A stretch of 64,000 nucleotides of DNA. Source: Eukaryota sp. GEM-RC1 (lineage: Eukaryota). Made by a program: the position numbers and the translations under genes. Location of the stretch: contig JAUFOQ010000002.1 in NCBI GenBank assembly GCA_040285855.1, positions 3,596,001 through 3,660,000 on the forward strand. Direction: 5' to 3'. The notes under the pieces are model-generated. The model was not told where the DNA came from, did no database searches, and saw only the letters and a program-made list of their open reading frames with translations. Shown in pieces: positions 1 through 12,672 of this stretch (positions are counted from its first letter, which is position 1; each line of letters begins with the position of its first letter).

Positions 1-1290
1 CTTTAAGTTTTCCCAATCTAATTTCCAGAATGAATGCGATGATTGCTTTCGACTGATTGCTTTCTTTTATAATACAACTGTTTCCAATCAGTGAAAGATA
101 AATGGGAGAAGAGTCCTCAAATCAAAATCTAAAGAAGTCTGTGTTTCTTCGTCGAGTCATTTCAAATACAAAATTAAGTGAGAAGGTGATGAAAAGTGAA
201 ACAGTTGAGGTCTACTTTTTCAACGTTTTTAACTAAACTCGGAAAAACGCAAAAACGACGTTTTCCATTTTTTGAAAACGCTGTGAAAAGTATAGAAGTT
301 CCCCAAAAGTGATTTAGTTATGGATACATGAGATGATCGTCACTCAGTTTGGGTTAGTTTGGTTTAGATGTCGTGACCTAAGCAATACAGGATCCAACGT
401 TTGTTGTAGGTTAGCTTGATGTTTCTTGTACGTAATGGATTTATTAAACGTCATCCTATATGTAAACGTCATCTTCCGCGACGAAGATCTAGATATTCAC
501 CATCAGATGAATTTCGACGGAAGTGAACATTGAAGTGTATGTTCAGATTTTCCTGTTTATCCTTTTGAAAGTAGAAGTGCTCTTTTGGAAGACAAATCCA
601 GACGTCATGTTAATATAATTGATCTTTGGGTTCATTAGTATTTCCTTCTTTTTAAAGATATTTACTAGTAATTATTACGACATATATCCACATTTTTGTT
701 GAAAAACAAATTTTGCCCAACACTGATCAATAATAGTCCTAGACAAAACACCAGGTCCTTGCTTTTACTCTGATATTTTGTTAACAAAGTTTGGTTTTTT
801 TAGAATGTATGACAAATATTTTGACATGTGGCCACATAAACCTGGTAATGCGAATCAAAGAAACTCACGCTTCCGACACGAAGCGATATCTGAAATTTTG
901 TCGGTTCTATTCATTCAGGTCACTTTTTTGAAGTGGGTAGACTATACTTCTATCTGAAATCATGTTTGAGCTACTATTGATAGTGCCGTAAGTTCCAAAA
1001 GATTTGACCAGCAACTTAGTCTACAGTCTGACTAGTATGGGTCCTATCAGAACTTGCTTTTTCTGAAAGTAAACAGCTCTGAACTAATGAAGTGGAGTAA
1101 TAACTTGTCAAGTTAATTGAAATGAGGTTGTGTGTAGGCTATCTATTTTTGCATCGATTTATGACCATAAACCCCGTTTTTTGTGTAGAGTTTTATAGAA
1201 ACTAAATTAGTTTAATATAAAAAAACGGATTTATGTGCGGAGAAAGATAGGTACAAATAAATAAACACTATTAAAACAAATAATTATCAA

Positions 1291-2650
1291 ATGTTATCTT
1301 TAGATGTGAGCAAACATGTTTCCTTTGCTATGCTTCAGGTCTGTTTTTCCGGGAAAATTAATCATTTTTTACGTTCATTAGACTATTCCCTTACTGAAAC
1401 ATTTGCCAAGAAATTTAATTCTATTAGAACAAATTTTCTCTCTAACTTGGCTGAAATTGATGAGTCTAACATTCCATTTCATGCTTTTTATTCTTCTGAA
1501 TTCGCAGGAGTAGGTTTCACCCATGCAAAAATCATTAGAAAATCTGCTCTTTTAGGAGGTGTTAAGAATTTTATGTTTGAATTTTTGAAACGGTTTCCCT
1601 TGGATGGAATCAATCTGTTGAATTCCAGTAATTGCCGTTGGATTCAATCTGCTAAAGATTTGTTATCATCTTTGTCTCCTGAAATGTGGGAATCTTTGTT
1701 CCCTGCTCATTTGAAGGAGACTCCTTTAAAAATATTTCATCTCTACCATCTGCTGTATGTAAGCTGCAAAATAAATTGACAAGGAGTTTGAACTCTTGGA
1801 CTTTAATAATCGTATTAGCTTGGCTAAAACTAATAGTCCCGAGTTCGCTGCTTTTTTAATCGATCTTTGTAATAGTAGACCTTCTGGATTTATTTCTCAA
1901 ATTCCAAAGGTGTGTGGATTACATCTATCTGATGAAGCTTGGATGATCAATATGCGTCTTCGTTTGGCTATTTGGCCTGCAAATTTATTAAACTATTCAA
2001 CGTGCTCTTGTGGAGCTAATGGTGTTTTTCGTCATTTAATTAATTGTCGTTATTTTATTCATCTCCGTGCAGTAATTCATGATGGTGTACGTGATTCTTG
2101 TTATTCCATGTTTAAAGCACATGGTTTTCACTCTAAAGTTGAACCAGTTTTGAATCATCTTTCAGAAAATGAATTTACTGATCAAAAACGAGGGGATCTA
2201 CATACTCCGTGGCTTAAATCGAGTCAAGCATTAATGGATTTTACTACAGTAGATGTATGTAACAAATCTTGTGTTAGTAGGATATTAGATTCTTCTTTTA
2301 ATCCATTAACAGCAGCTGAAAAGCTCAAACACACCAAGTATGACTCTCAAGTAGAAGAATTAAATAGAAACTCATATTCCAAATTTGTGTTTCAACCTTT
2401 TGCTGTTTCTTTTTTTGGATCTATTAGTCCTGCTGGTGATCAATTTTTCAAGGATTTCGAAGAATTGTGTAAAGAAAAGAAGCGTAAGTTTAGAATGGCT
2501 GAATGGAAAAACCGTATAGTGTTTTCCATATATCGGAATATGCCTTTCTATTTCTCTAGATTAATTGAGAAATTGTACAAGTTTGGTGTGAAGGTTCATG
2601 TAGATAAACGTAATCTTTTACCGGGTGGTGATGAAGTCGTTTGGATTTAA
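1291..2650 (+). mobile_element. 5'-truncated RLE-type (CRE-like) non-LTR retrotransposon, copy R1: post-RT thumb region, CCHC knuckle and restriction-like endonuclease
   Basis: ORFs 1291-1779 and 1796-2650 join through two short A-run shifts (~1730, ~1781). Motifs: KINHFLR, AGVG (GGLG-like), NMRLRL, CSCG..FRHLINC, IHDGVRD, VEP, RGDL, DFTTVD, AEKLKHTKY, FQPFAVS.FG. No RT core upstream. Confidence 0.85.
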
Positions 2651-2672
2651 TCTTAGTATTATTTGTTTGTTT

Positions 2673-3095
2673 TTACAATTTCATAGTTTGTAGAAAGGTT
2701 ACCTTATTGGGTGCCGAATAAACATCTCTCTCTATTAAAACAAATTTATCAAACGAACTACCTAATTCCGAAAAGTAGTTGCCTCCAAACAACTTGGACA
2801 AAATGGAATCAACATATCTATACATAGACCAAAAAAATCGAAAAAGCAAATGTACTCTTCCAGTACGATCTGTTAAACTTCTTGCCAAATTCTGAACACA
2901 AAGTTTCAAATAAATTTAAAAAGTCCTTGGTAGAAGAACCGATCTGTTAAACTTCTTGCCAAATTCTGAACACAAAGTTTCAAATAAATTTAAAAAAGTC
3001 CTTGGTAGAAGAACCGAAATTTCCGTACAATGAAACTGCAAAAGGCTGAAAGACGATATTATTGTGTCTTCGTGAATTCAATGCAGCAACTTGAT
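2673..3095 (-). mobile_element. RLE retrotransposon 3' fragment R2, tail-to-tail with R1
   Basis: Minus-strand translation NIVFQPFAVSLYGNFG..FFKF and FWSMYRYVDSILSKLFG matches the C-termini of R1 and R9; contains a 74-bp tandem duplication. Confidence 0.75.
2866..3017. repeat. 74/75-bp tandem duplication inside R2
   Basis: cgatctgttaaacttc...gtagaagaac at 2866 and 2940; the copies differ only by A5 vs A6; cga microhomology at the ends. Confidence 0.95.
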
Positions 3096-3311
3096 GTCCG
3101 TACAAAAAAATATAGTTAATATAGAACGGTTTTAGAAGCCGATTTATTGTTGAGAAACCAACAATTGGGACCAATACAGTAGTGATCGGCAAACGGTATT
3201 TCAACGGCCACATATGTATTGCTATCACGATATCAATATTGCCCAACTCTCATACAAAACACATAATGCCTGCGAACTACCACTTGATTTGTCTTTTCGT
3301 AGGATATCTCA

Positions 3312-3722
3312 ATGCTCTCACAGCGAGGTTTGTCTCAACTGAAGGATATACAAACCACACCAGTCCCTCAGTATGCTCACTTGATCAAACAACTAAGGAA
3401 CGAGTTTGCTGCAGAAAGAGTCTCACTAGTATTTCTTGGTCTTTTTGGACTCGCATGCACGTTTCTGACATCAAGAAAGGATCAAGTTGGATTGTTCATG
3501 ATTCCATTAGTGGTAACCTTGGCAATGTTTGAAGCATTTAACCACGGGCTGAGTAATCTACTAAGCAAGACAACAAGCTTAAGATGTCAGAATGAAATAC
3601 ATCGGGAGATAGCAGCATTGAAGGTTATGAGAAGAGATTTCGACGGACTTGAAGATGAAGAAGCAAAGCATTTGTTGAAAGTAGCGTCTGTGGAAGGTGT
3701 TGGATACACTGTGTTCACTTAA
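3312..3722 (+). CDS. Hypothetical two-TM membrane protein (136 aa)
   Basis: Open ATG ORF with two hydrophobic segments and a charged helical tail; no family recognised. Confidence 0.4.
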   Translation: MLSQRGLSQLKDIQTTPVPQYAHLIKQLRNEFAAERVSLVFLGLFGLACTFLTSRKDQVGLFMIPLVVTLAMFEAFNHGLSNLLSKTTSLRCQNEIHREIAALKVMRRDFDGLEDEEAKHLLKVASVEGVGYTVFT

Positions 3723-3814
3723 TTACGAATATTTGAATTATTGTATTTGTGACTGGATCAACATAGGAAAGTTTCACAATAGCAAAAATAACTATAACTA
3801 CAATACAATACAAC

Positions 3815-4365
3815 CTAAATTTATTCATATGAGATCTGTTCTTCACAACAGTATTCGCGATCAATGTTTTTCGTTCTTTATTTAAATCAAACGGAAGTCA
3901 TGGTAAAATTGAACCTCTATTGTTCACATTTTCTGATTCTTTCATTCGTGATAAGAGTCGTGGTGATTTAATTGGTCCATGGATAAATTGTAAAGAAGTT
4001 GTTTTGGATTTGACCACTGTGGATCCATATAGTGATACTGCTGGTAGCAAAATATTGGATGATCAATATTTTTTCACCTTTAGACAATGCTGAAGATAAG
4101 AAATGTCTTCGTTATTGTGAATATATTTCTATATTGAATTCACAAAGACATAATGCTTTGGTGTTTTAACCATTCGGTATTTCAATTTATGGGAATTTGA
4201 GTTGTGCAGCTCAAACGTTTTTGTCGTCTTTTAATCGATTGTGTTCCACATTGGCAAGAAGTTTAGCATTAGTTTTTGGAGGGATTGTCCTGCTTTTTCT
4301 ATATTTCGTTCAATGTTTCAGTATTTCGACGGAATTTTGAAGAAACTCTTTGGGGTTCAAGACCA
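3815..4365 (+). mobile_element. Degenerate RLE retrotransposon fragment R3
   Basis: MRSVLHNSIRD, GKIEPLL, SRGDLIGPW, DLTTVDP and PFGISIYGNL, with stops and frameshifts. Confidence 0.8.
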
Positions 4366-4375
4366 TGCCATGGAA

Positions 4376-4440
4376 TAGTATTGTTAATTTTGTTTACGTC
4401 TTTAGACTTTATGTACCTTTGGGAGATAAAACTATTTTTC
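4376..4440 (+). repeat. Dispersed repeat matching the sequence just downstream of the hAT transposase relic (~22729-22790)
   Basis: gtattgttaattttgtttacgtctttagactttatgtacc vs gtattgttaattttgtttacatctttagattttatgtatc. Confidence 0.7.
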
Positions 4441-5368
4441 TTTCAATACAATACAAGTATTAGGTACAAAGTGATTATGTATTGGCAATACGGTATTGCC
4501 AGTTCCACAATGCCTAACCATTTTAATAAAATCAAGTAATTTGCAATAATTTCTTGACGTTGATGATGACGATTGGTCTAGTGCACGTCCTTTCATCCTT
4601 GATATTGAACTTTGGAGCTCTAAGTACGATCACTTGGAGTTATCTTTGAAAAGTAAAGAAGAAGTTGAAAGTCCTTTTTCTTAGCTTTTACCTAGCTAAC
4701 ACTGAGTTAACTGAGTCTATATCCTCAAATCTTCCTTCGTATGCAACTCTACCATTAGAAGTACAGAGGTTTGTGGCTTACTTATGGGAATTTTTACGAA
4801 AATTTACGGTAATTGAGAAATAGACTTTTTGTTTTCGAATATTTACTTGTTGTAGTATTTTTGATGATGATAGACTCCATCTACTTCTAGCTAAGATGAA
4901 CTTAAGTTAGATTGTTGATGATTTGTTGTATATTCGTTTTTCGTTTAAGTTGATGATTTTTGTAAGAAAATCATCACATATTAAATGACTTAATCTATCG
5001 TTTACACGTATTGAATTCTTGTTTTTGTTTTAAAATTGTTAACTGTCTAAAAAATTGCTCATACAACTTAGTTTAATTTATGTGTAGCTTCTCTTTTACA
5101 AAAATTTCAACTTATTAACAATCTTATTGCCACGTTTAAATACATTTTGAATACATTTATAGAGAAAAGATATGTTGTTACGTCTAATTAAATAATTACT
5201 TCAATGTTGCTATTCAAAAATGACAGTGGGATCACACAATTTGGACATGTGATTTTTGGTTCTCTAGATACTACGAATTGACTCTGTTTATCAAGAAAAT
5301 ATTGTCTTCATGAATTTCGTTCTGACAGAATAGTAGGTTACAAAGGGAAGGAAAAGATGTGTTTAAAT

Positions 5369-5739
5369 CATAGCTTGAAATTATGAACTGGAAAAATAAT
5401 TATTATTTATATTATTATGATTATTATTATTACAAGCATAATTCCATAATATTGAAAATTATAGCAATGATAGACCAAACAGAATTTTGTAATGGAAAAC
5501 AATCGAAACTCATCTACATGTACGTTTACTACTGGTAATAATGAGGTTTTTTCTTCTTCTTTGAGATCAGAATGCTCTGAAACGTTCTAACTTGCAATAT
5601 ATAGCAAGACACAAGACATTAGTATGTATGTAATTTCGACAAATATGGTGAAAAACAGATTATTATTATTATTATTATAGAAATTATTATTGTTATTATA
5701 ACAAATTATTATGGAAAAATTATATAATTTCAAGCTATG
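5369..5739. mobile_element. Non-autonomous hAT element (MITE, 371 bp)
   Basis: TIR CATAGCTTGAAATTAT / ATAATTTCAAGCTATG; perfect 8-bp TSD GTTTAAAT (5361-5368, 5740-5747); (TTA)n subterminal arrays. Confidence 0.9.
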
Positions 5740-7009
5740 GTTTAAATCATAGTTGGTAATAGCTATGTTGAATGAAATTTCAAAGCAGCGTAGTAAGGGA
5801 CAGAAATCTTTATTTCGATAGTAGAACAAATAATGATAAACAATAATATATTAATTTCATTGTTTTAGGATATATATCCTGTTGACATTGTTTGAGATTG
5901 TTGTCAACATCCAGACCATGTATTTCTAAAATAAAACAAAAGAGTGATACTTAAAGATTCAGTGTGAACCAGACTAAATACAATCGTTGTAAGACAGATG
6001 AAAAGAGATGGAGTTCGATAAATGACCTTTTTTTAAAAGAAGTCAAAAGACTGAAATGAAATGGTCGACAAGAGAATTATTGTCTGCACAAAACTACATG
6101 TAGAAGCGTCTCCTCAACCATTCTCTCTCAACTAGATCAATTCCGTTGATCAATTCTTTGCCCCATCACTTCTATTAACACACCATGAGCCTACTTCATT
6201 AACATAAATTCGGCACGGTCTACTAATAAGTTCCTGAAAACTTCAGGAAACGGCACGCCATATGTATCTACCTACAGTGCGGACTTTAAGTGTCTTCTAA
6301 TGTGAGGCAGTTTACATCGGGTGAATCGATATTCATTTGAAAGATAACATATAGTACTAACCCAACATCAGAGTTCTCACTCTCTATTGACGAACTCCTA
6401 CTCTCATCTATTGAAACTGGTGCTCATAATGGGAAGTGTGTGCAAGATGGGACATGGAGAAATTGACATTCTCACAACTCAAACTGTTCCTGTTCTAGAC
6501 GTTTTTCGCACGTATGCTTTCGTACCTAGAGTTGTCTGATCGTTTCTGCACCAGTCTTACGAACGTGTCTCCTGTCTCAGTCTCTGCTACTACAGGTAAG
6601 CAGTTATCCCACTCATCTCTGCAATTCTGTATGTTCCCATCCTTTTACCACTTTAATCTTCCTTCTGGTCTCTGTGACCTCTCTATACTGCCAGACTATC
6701 AATCTGAGCTTGAAGTCTCTTCATTAAAATTATAGTTGTGTCGTCCAGCTGTCTAGAGAAACAGCAGGGATCTTTGAGGAAACAATCTTTGAGGAAACCC
6801 AAATGCACACGTGACCAACTCGCTGGATCCGATCTTGAACTGTTAAACCTTGGTTTAAACCTGGTTTTCCAATCATTTCTTTTGTAATATCTTTTGAACA
6901 CCACTAGTTAACCAACTAGTGGAAAATGACGTTTACCTTTTTCTCAAAAGCATTCTCCCTCAAACTACTCTTGTTGGTTACTTGATTTTGAGTCTATACT
7001 CCTTTCTAT

Positions 7010-10000
7010 ATGAGTCAGTTCAATTTCTCTGACACTTCCAACGTTGTATCCAAGTTTGCTACTCTTACCCTTCTCTAACAATAGAACAGGAGATACTGTG
7101 CTTAAATCAGCCACGACCAAACTGTTTGCCTTCATCCAAGCTCTTCATGAGGCCACTCGCAGGCATAATAAGCTCATGATTGTGATTTTTGTTATGGAGA
7201 TCCTACAATTGATGGCCTTTGTTGGAAGAGAAATGTCGTTCCATCCTCTTTTCGACATTGGTCCCATTTTGAACTACGTCTTACCACCTTTATTCACGGC
7301 GGAATTCGATCAACAACCAAAGCTAATAGTATTCATATCATCAAGTATCTTCTTTGTCGTTTTAGTTGCAGTTACTCTACTTCTAACACAGAGAAAATCA
7401 TCAAACCTGACAGTTTCTCCTCATTTACTAACCCTTGTTAAAGCTACTTTTGAACTCGTCATCCATGTCTGCGCCCTCCCTTTGGCTTCTCTCTACTTCT
7501 CATTGCTTCCATGTGGACGATCTTCTTCCCCTTCTGAACTTACTTTTGAAGAGTTTCTCCAACACTATGGTTGTATGTCATCATATGCCTACGTATACAG
7601 AGTGTCTGCCATTGCTGCTCTATCTTTACTTCTTTTTCTTTGCTTTACTTGGCTGTTGTTCTACCATACATGCTTTTCATCAAGACATGTCTTTGCTAAA
7701 TCCAATCTCAAACCAAGCACTTTGTTTCCAGTTATCCAAACTTCTCATCCTGATCCTCTTCTTCCTCTTTCATTCTAGATTATGGCTTTTTAGAGTTTGC
7801 TATGTACTCATTCCTTTATTCCTCACTGCTCATTTCTTCCATGTTCTCCCTTACTTTTATAAACAAACTAACTTGCTGGTACTGGGCGTCCTAGGTTCTT
7901 GGTCAGGATTCAGCATTACCTATCTTGTCTACTCCACTCTATCTACCAACGATGTCGTTACCACTATTCTTCTATGTCTTCTCACCCCTTTGTTTGCTTC
8001 TGTGAGTGTACTGGCTGGTCGTAGACGTTTGATTAAGTTGTACAACTGGGCTCAAGAAATCAAAAGTACTTTGGTTAAAGAAGAATTGATTGGGGAGGAT
8101 TTAGTGCTATCAGACACGTTTTCATCAGAGTCAATCACTCTTGATGATTTAGGAATTTCAAAGTCAAAGAGAAGATCTCTAATAGAGTTTGAACTTTTAA
8201 TTAAGAATGTTTTACCCAAATTGACTTCCAGTGATTTGTTCTCTACAAGTAAAGCTCTTATCATTCTTGGTAAACGTCACCATTCTGATGACGTGGACTT
8301 TCTTCTTTTTCGAGTATGTTTGAACTTGACCTTCTTAAGGATTCAATTAACTCATCAATTACTCTACAGACTGTCAATTCACTTATAACTGACATTGATG
8401 CTACATTTTCTCAAAAATTTCAATTATTTAAAAACTTAAAACATTTAGAAATCCTCCGAAGAAGTCAATCCACTGGTCACACTGTTGATTCTTCCGCATT
8501 CCTTCAGTTACAAACCTTCTCCAAGCAGATCACGTCTCTCCATAAAGAGTGTTTGACTGGATTAATGACCTTTTGGTCAGTATTCGACTCTGATAACGTT
8601 GACTTATCGAGACTTCCAGCAATTCTTTCCAAAGTTCATTCAATCAAGGAGATGTTGAGGTCTAGGTTTCAAAAGGTTTTCACTGCTCATGGATCTGAAC
8701 GTTCTGTAATGGAGAAATATGCTGCTTTCTTGAGGGAAGTTGAATGTGATGAACAAGCGGCCGCTTCAGTTGAAGAGCAGATTCAAATGCTTACCTCTAG
8801 TGACCGTTCTAGTAGTAAGGGATCAGCAACTATGAGCTTATCAAGTAAACAAGACAATCACGGAAGGAAATCAAGACGTTTCCACCAATCAGTTTTGAAT
8901 GAATCCACTCGTAAAGGAGCCATCCACGTGCTTCGAAATTCTGTTGCAATTGCTTCATTTGTGATGCTGCTTCTTGCAATGGTCTCATACTTTGTTTCCA
9001 CCAATCGAATGTCTGTATTGACTCATCGTTTTAACCAACTATATGAGCTATCTCATATAGATAACACTGCTCAAAATATTGGCAGTATTTTAAATCAAAT
9101 GTCGTTAACTGGAGAGCTGTCGTTAAGTGCGTTGATGCTTTCTGAATCCGAACATTTGTCATGGCATGTACGTAGGCTGGTCTTGTCAAGTCAAGATGTG
9201 ATTGATGCTGACGTGTGTGAGTTTCCTGGTGATCCTGAACTTTCCATACCAGTTGCTGAAGTCAAGAAACTTCTTGTGGAACCTTCCTATTCTGTCGTAA
9301 TCACTCAGGATTTGATTCCTCCTAGAACTGAGTCTGAAGTAATGTCTCTTTGGACAATGGGAATGAAACTTGGCTTGGATGCCGCTCTTTTTGCTAAGGA
9401 TAATTCTCTCTATGTTAATGAAAAGAACATTGCCGAAATTTTACCAGTGTTTTCTGCCGCTTGTCGAGATCTTTTGCCAATTTAATCAATGTTATTTCAG
9501 ATTTTTTGAGCGATTTCTTGTTAATTCAACAAGTAGTTTTTGGGGTAATAGTTTGCATTGTAATAGTCATGGCATTTGCTCTATTTGGCCGTTCCTTTGC
9601 CAGAATTTCAGAAGAACGACGTGCTATTTTGAACCTTTTCTTGTATATTCCTCGTGCTGAAGTTCGAAGAATTCTTGAAGATTCAAAGTTCAAGTCTCTA
9701 AAGAAGAAAAAAGAAAAGAAGTGGATTGTCCAATCTAGACGTAGTTGAAGTGCAATCAGATGATGAATCTTCAGACTCTCAAACAGAATCTCCCTTTGAA
9801 ATCAATAGACACGAAAGTAAAGATTGTGTTACCATGGAAGTAATTGATGAAGAATCTGATCAAAACAAGTTTATCTCAATCAAAATTCGATTGATGACGT
9901 GCGTGGTTGCCTTGTTTATCGTTGGAGGGCTCTTATTCACTGGACTTTTCATTAGCTCTATTGAAACTGACATTTCTTCAAGTGATGCAGAATACTTGTT

Positions 10001-12244
10001 AGCTTTTGAAGTTCGTCATGCAGCTTCAGGGATGACCAACATTGATAGAATCTCAAGTTCAGACTTACAACTTTTTTTTAACTTTTGGCGATCAATATTA
10101 TTTAAAAAAGTACTTTGATTTAGTCAATAGTGGTCAACGGAATGAATTTCTGATGCAAATCAATTCTCTGGATTTAACGACAGAAGAATTATCCGCAATC
10201 GCTGAACAATCAACTTTTTTAAATGAAATTCGTTATGTTGAACGTATCATTTTTGAATTAGTTAAATCTGTATTTGACCTTCATGAGTATTTCAGTGATT
10301 TTGTTAGCTTTGATTACGATTCTTCTCTTGAAACTAATTTCTTCCGAACTCAATTGGAGCACCCTCATATTGATTACTGGTATTCCACTCCAGAACGTGA
10401 CACAGAACGACTTTCTCCAATGGAAAGGGTCATAATTGGTCGAAATTTGGTCGTTGACTCTCGAAGACTTGGAGTTTTTGAACAGCTCATGATTGCTATT
10501 GATCATTCTGCTCAAATAATCGCCAATCAACGACTGGAAAACGTTCTTTCTCTTACAGATCAGTTCAGTATTGAGTTTACTATTGTTGTGTTTGCTATTG
10601 CAATTATTGCTACTCTGTGTTTGATCTATTTCCTTTTGTTTTGGAAATCGTATTCAAAATTAAGATTCTGTCGAGTTTTGATTGCGATCTGTTTCATTGT
10701 CACCTTTTCATTACTTGTTATTTCAATCTTTTTATCTATTCAAAATATTCCTCTCGCTAGTAAACTCAATCAGGATGCCAATGTTTCTCTTGAAGTTTAT
10801 GATCCTATTGTGAGCGCTCAATATGCTTTCAATACCATTAGAAGATATTTCCAAATAGTTCAAGTTTCAGGAAGTTTCTTCCATACCAATATCTTGTTTT
10901 CTAGAATTACTGAATTCGAATCCATTCTGACTGAACTTAGCCAAGATTCCCTATGTGAACATACCGAGTTTAAGTCTGTTTGTGAATTACTTTTACCTAT
11001 TGTAGATTCTATAAGGGAGATTTGGACAAGCTACCTCTACTGGGGTTCAGTTTCAACAAAACTTGGCCTTTATGCTTTAAACGATGGAGTTTATCCAGGG
11101 TTTGGACTTGAGAATGTTACTTGGAATGTTGCTGAAGATCCAGATTCAATTGAGCTTGCTCGGCCTTATTTCCTTACGAAAGAAGAGGAGGATTTACAAG
11201 GAGATTGTGAGCTGAAATTAAATTTGTCCATGGCAATTACTTCAAGTAGACAATTCGATCAAATGTCAATTGATATCGGCAATTTGATTGAAAAAATGAG
11301 AGATGATTCGTTTGATGAAATCTATGGGATAATTCACATTGATTTTACAGCAATTCAGGAAAGTTTTCAACTTATTGCACTCATTTTAGTTGCTCTGATT
11401 GGCTTAATCATCGTCATTTCTGTTCTTTTTTCAACCTCTGCTACCCCAAAAAGAGAAGAAAAAGTCACACGTAAAACAAAAAATAAAGGTCGCTCTAGTT
11501 GAAAAGTATACGAAGCATTACATTCTATCTCTTATTGTATTGCTATTAATTCTTTCAATGTTTCTACTATTATCCTTTTTATCTACCAACTTACTTTCTA
11601 ACTACCCAAATCTGTCTTCTCTACTCTCAAGACGAGGAGCTTTGGTTAAATCAATTACTTCTGATATTGTGAGGTCTAGTATTAGTGGCTTTGAAAGTGA
11701 ATTGCACAGAATTGAAGCGGAAAGATCTGTTTTAGAATTGAGTCAGTTGCACAATCAAATTCTATTGGCTGCTGACGTGTATGGAGCTCACTCGTCATTG
11801 TTATTTCAAACCAATTACAATGACGATACCACGAGTTTGGCAAATGTCGAGACTAATCATGGTCTTCATGCAGCAATAACTGGATTCGTTTCATTAACTA
11901 ATCGTTATGTTTCTGGTGTTTTTTCGAATCAAAATGTTCCAGACAATTCAATTATTGATGAAATTTTGACTTCCAGTTCTACGTGCTATCAATTGAATTT
12001 GCAATCTTTAGAATATTTAAAATCTGATTTTAGTGAAGTTGTTGGATCACTTACCAATTGGATGTTGATTGTTTTCCTTATCTTTGTTGTTGTAATTTCG
12101 TTTATCTATTTTTCAGTATTTAGAAGAATGTTATCAACTTTACATGAAGAAGAATCGACAACTGTTGAATTTTTACATATGTTGGGTGACGATATCATTT
12201 CTCAAGTCAAAGTGATTCGAGAATACGTGGCCAGTTTACAGTAG
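7010..12244 (+). CDS. TmcB/TmcC-like large multi-pass membrane protein (~1740 aa), split by about 7 apparent frameshifts
   Basis: Consecutive ORFs 7044, 7435, 8316, 9461, 9726, 10042 and 11540 join mostly at T/A runs (e.g. ~8310, ~9473, ~9710, ~10072, ~11480). N-terminal multi-TM block, then a TmcB TPR-like segment (FWSVF..LSRLPAIL..VMEKYAAFLREV), Ser-rich linker, repeated TM-ectodomain-TM modules and LNLFLYIP / FLHML motifs. First ATG at 7010 inferred. Confidence 0.75.
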
Positions 12245-12672
12245 CGAGAGATTTCTTTTTTGTAGGGTTCTTTTAGTACCCTTGTAATATATAATTTGTG
12301 TATTTTTTCAACGAAACTGAAACTGTAATATTTTAAATAAGTAAAAGTAGTTTTTGACTTCCATTCACGTCAATTACGATACCGATTCTTAGGATGGAAT
12401 CTGATGACAGCCACTCCATTTCTGTTACATATTTAGAACATTTGTAGACACACCACTGTATCCTAGTTCAACAAATGTATGATATTGATATATAATCGTT
12501 GATGTGAACTAATACTACATTAATTTTGTAATTTTTCCAATCAAAATTTAACCACCCCAAAGTGATTCAAAATCGCATCACAATACTACAAAATAAATTT
12601 ACATATTGTAAGGAATTACATTTTGTGTTTTCACAATCCATTTCACAGAAACGTTTTATTGACAAAGGCTAT

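Noticed and set aside
200..310. MULE-like right end (AAAACG repeats ending in TTCCCC)
   Set aside because: The partner end would lie outside the window, so it cannot be verified.
1162..1182. AAACCCC as an interstitial telomere repeat
   Set aside because: It is always a single unit within a longer conserved motif, never tandem.
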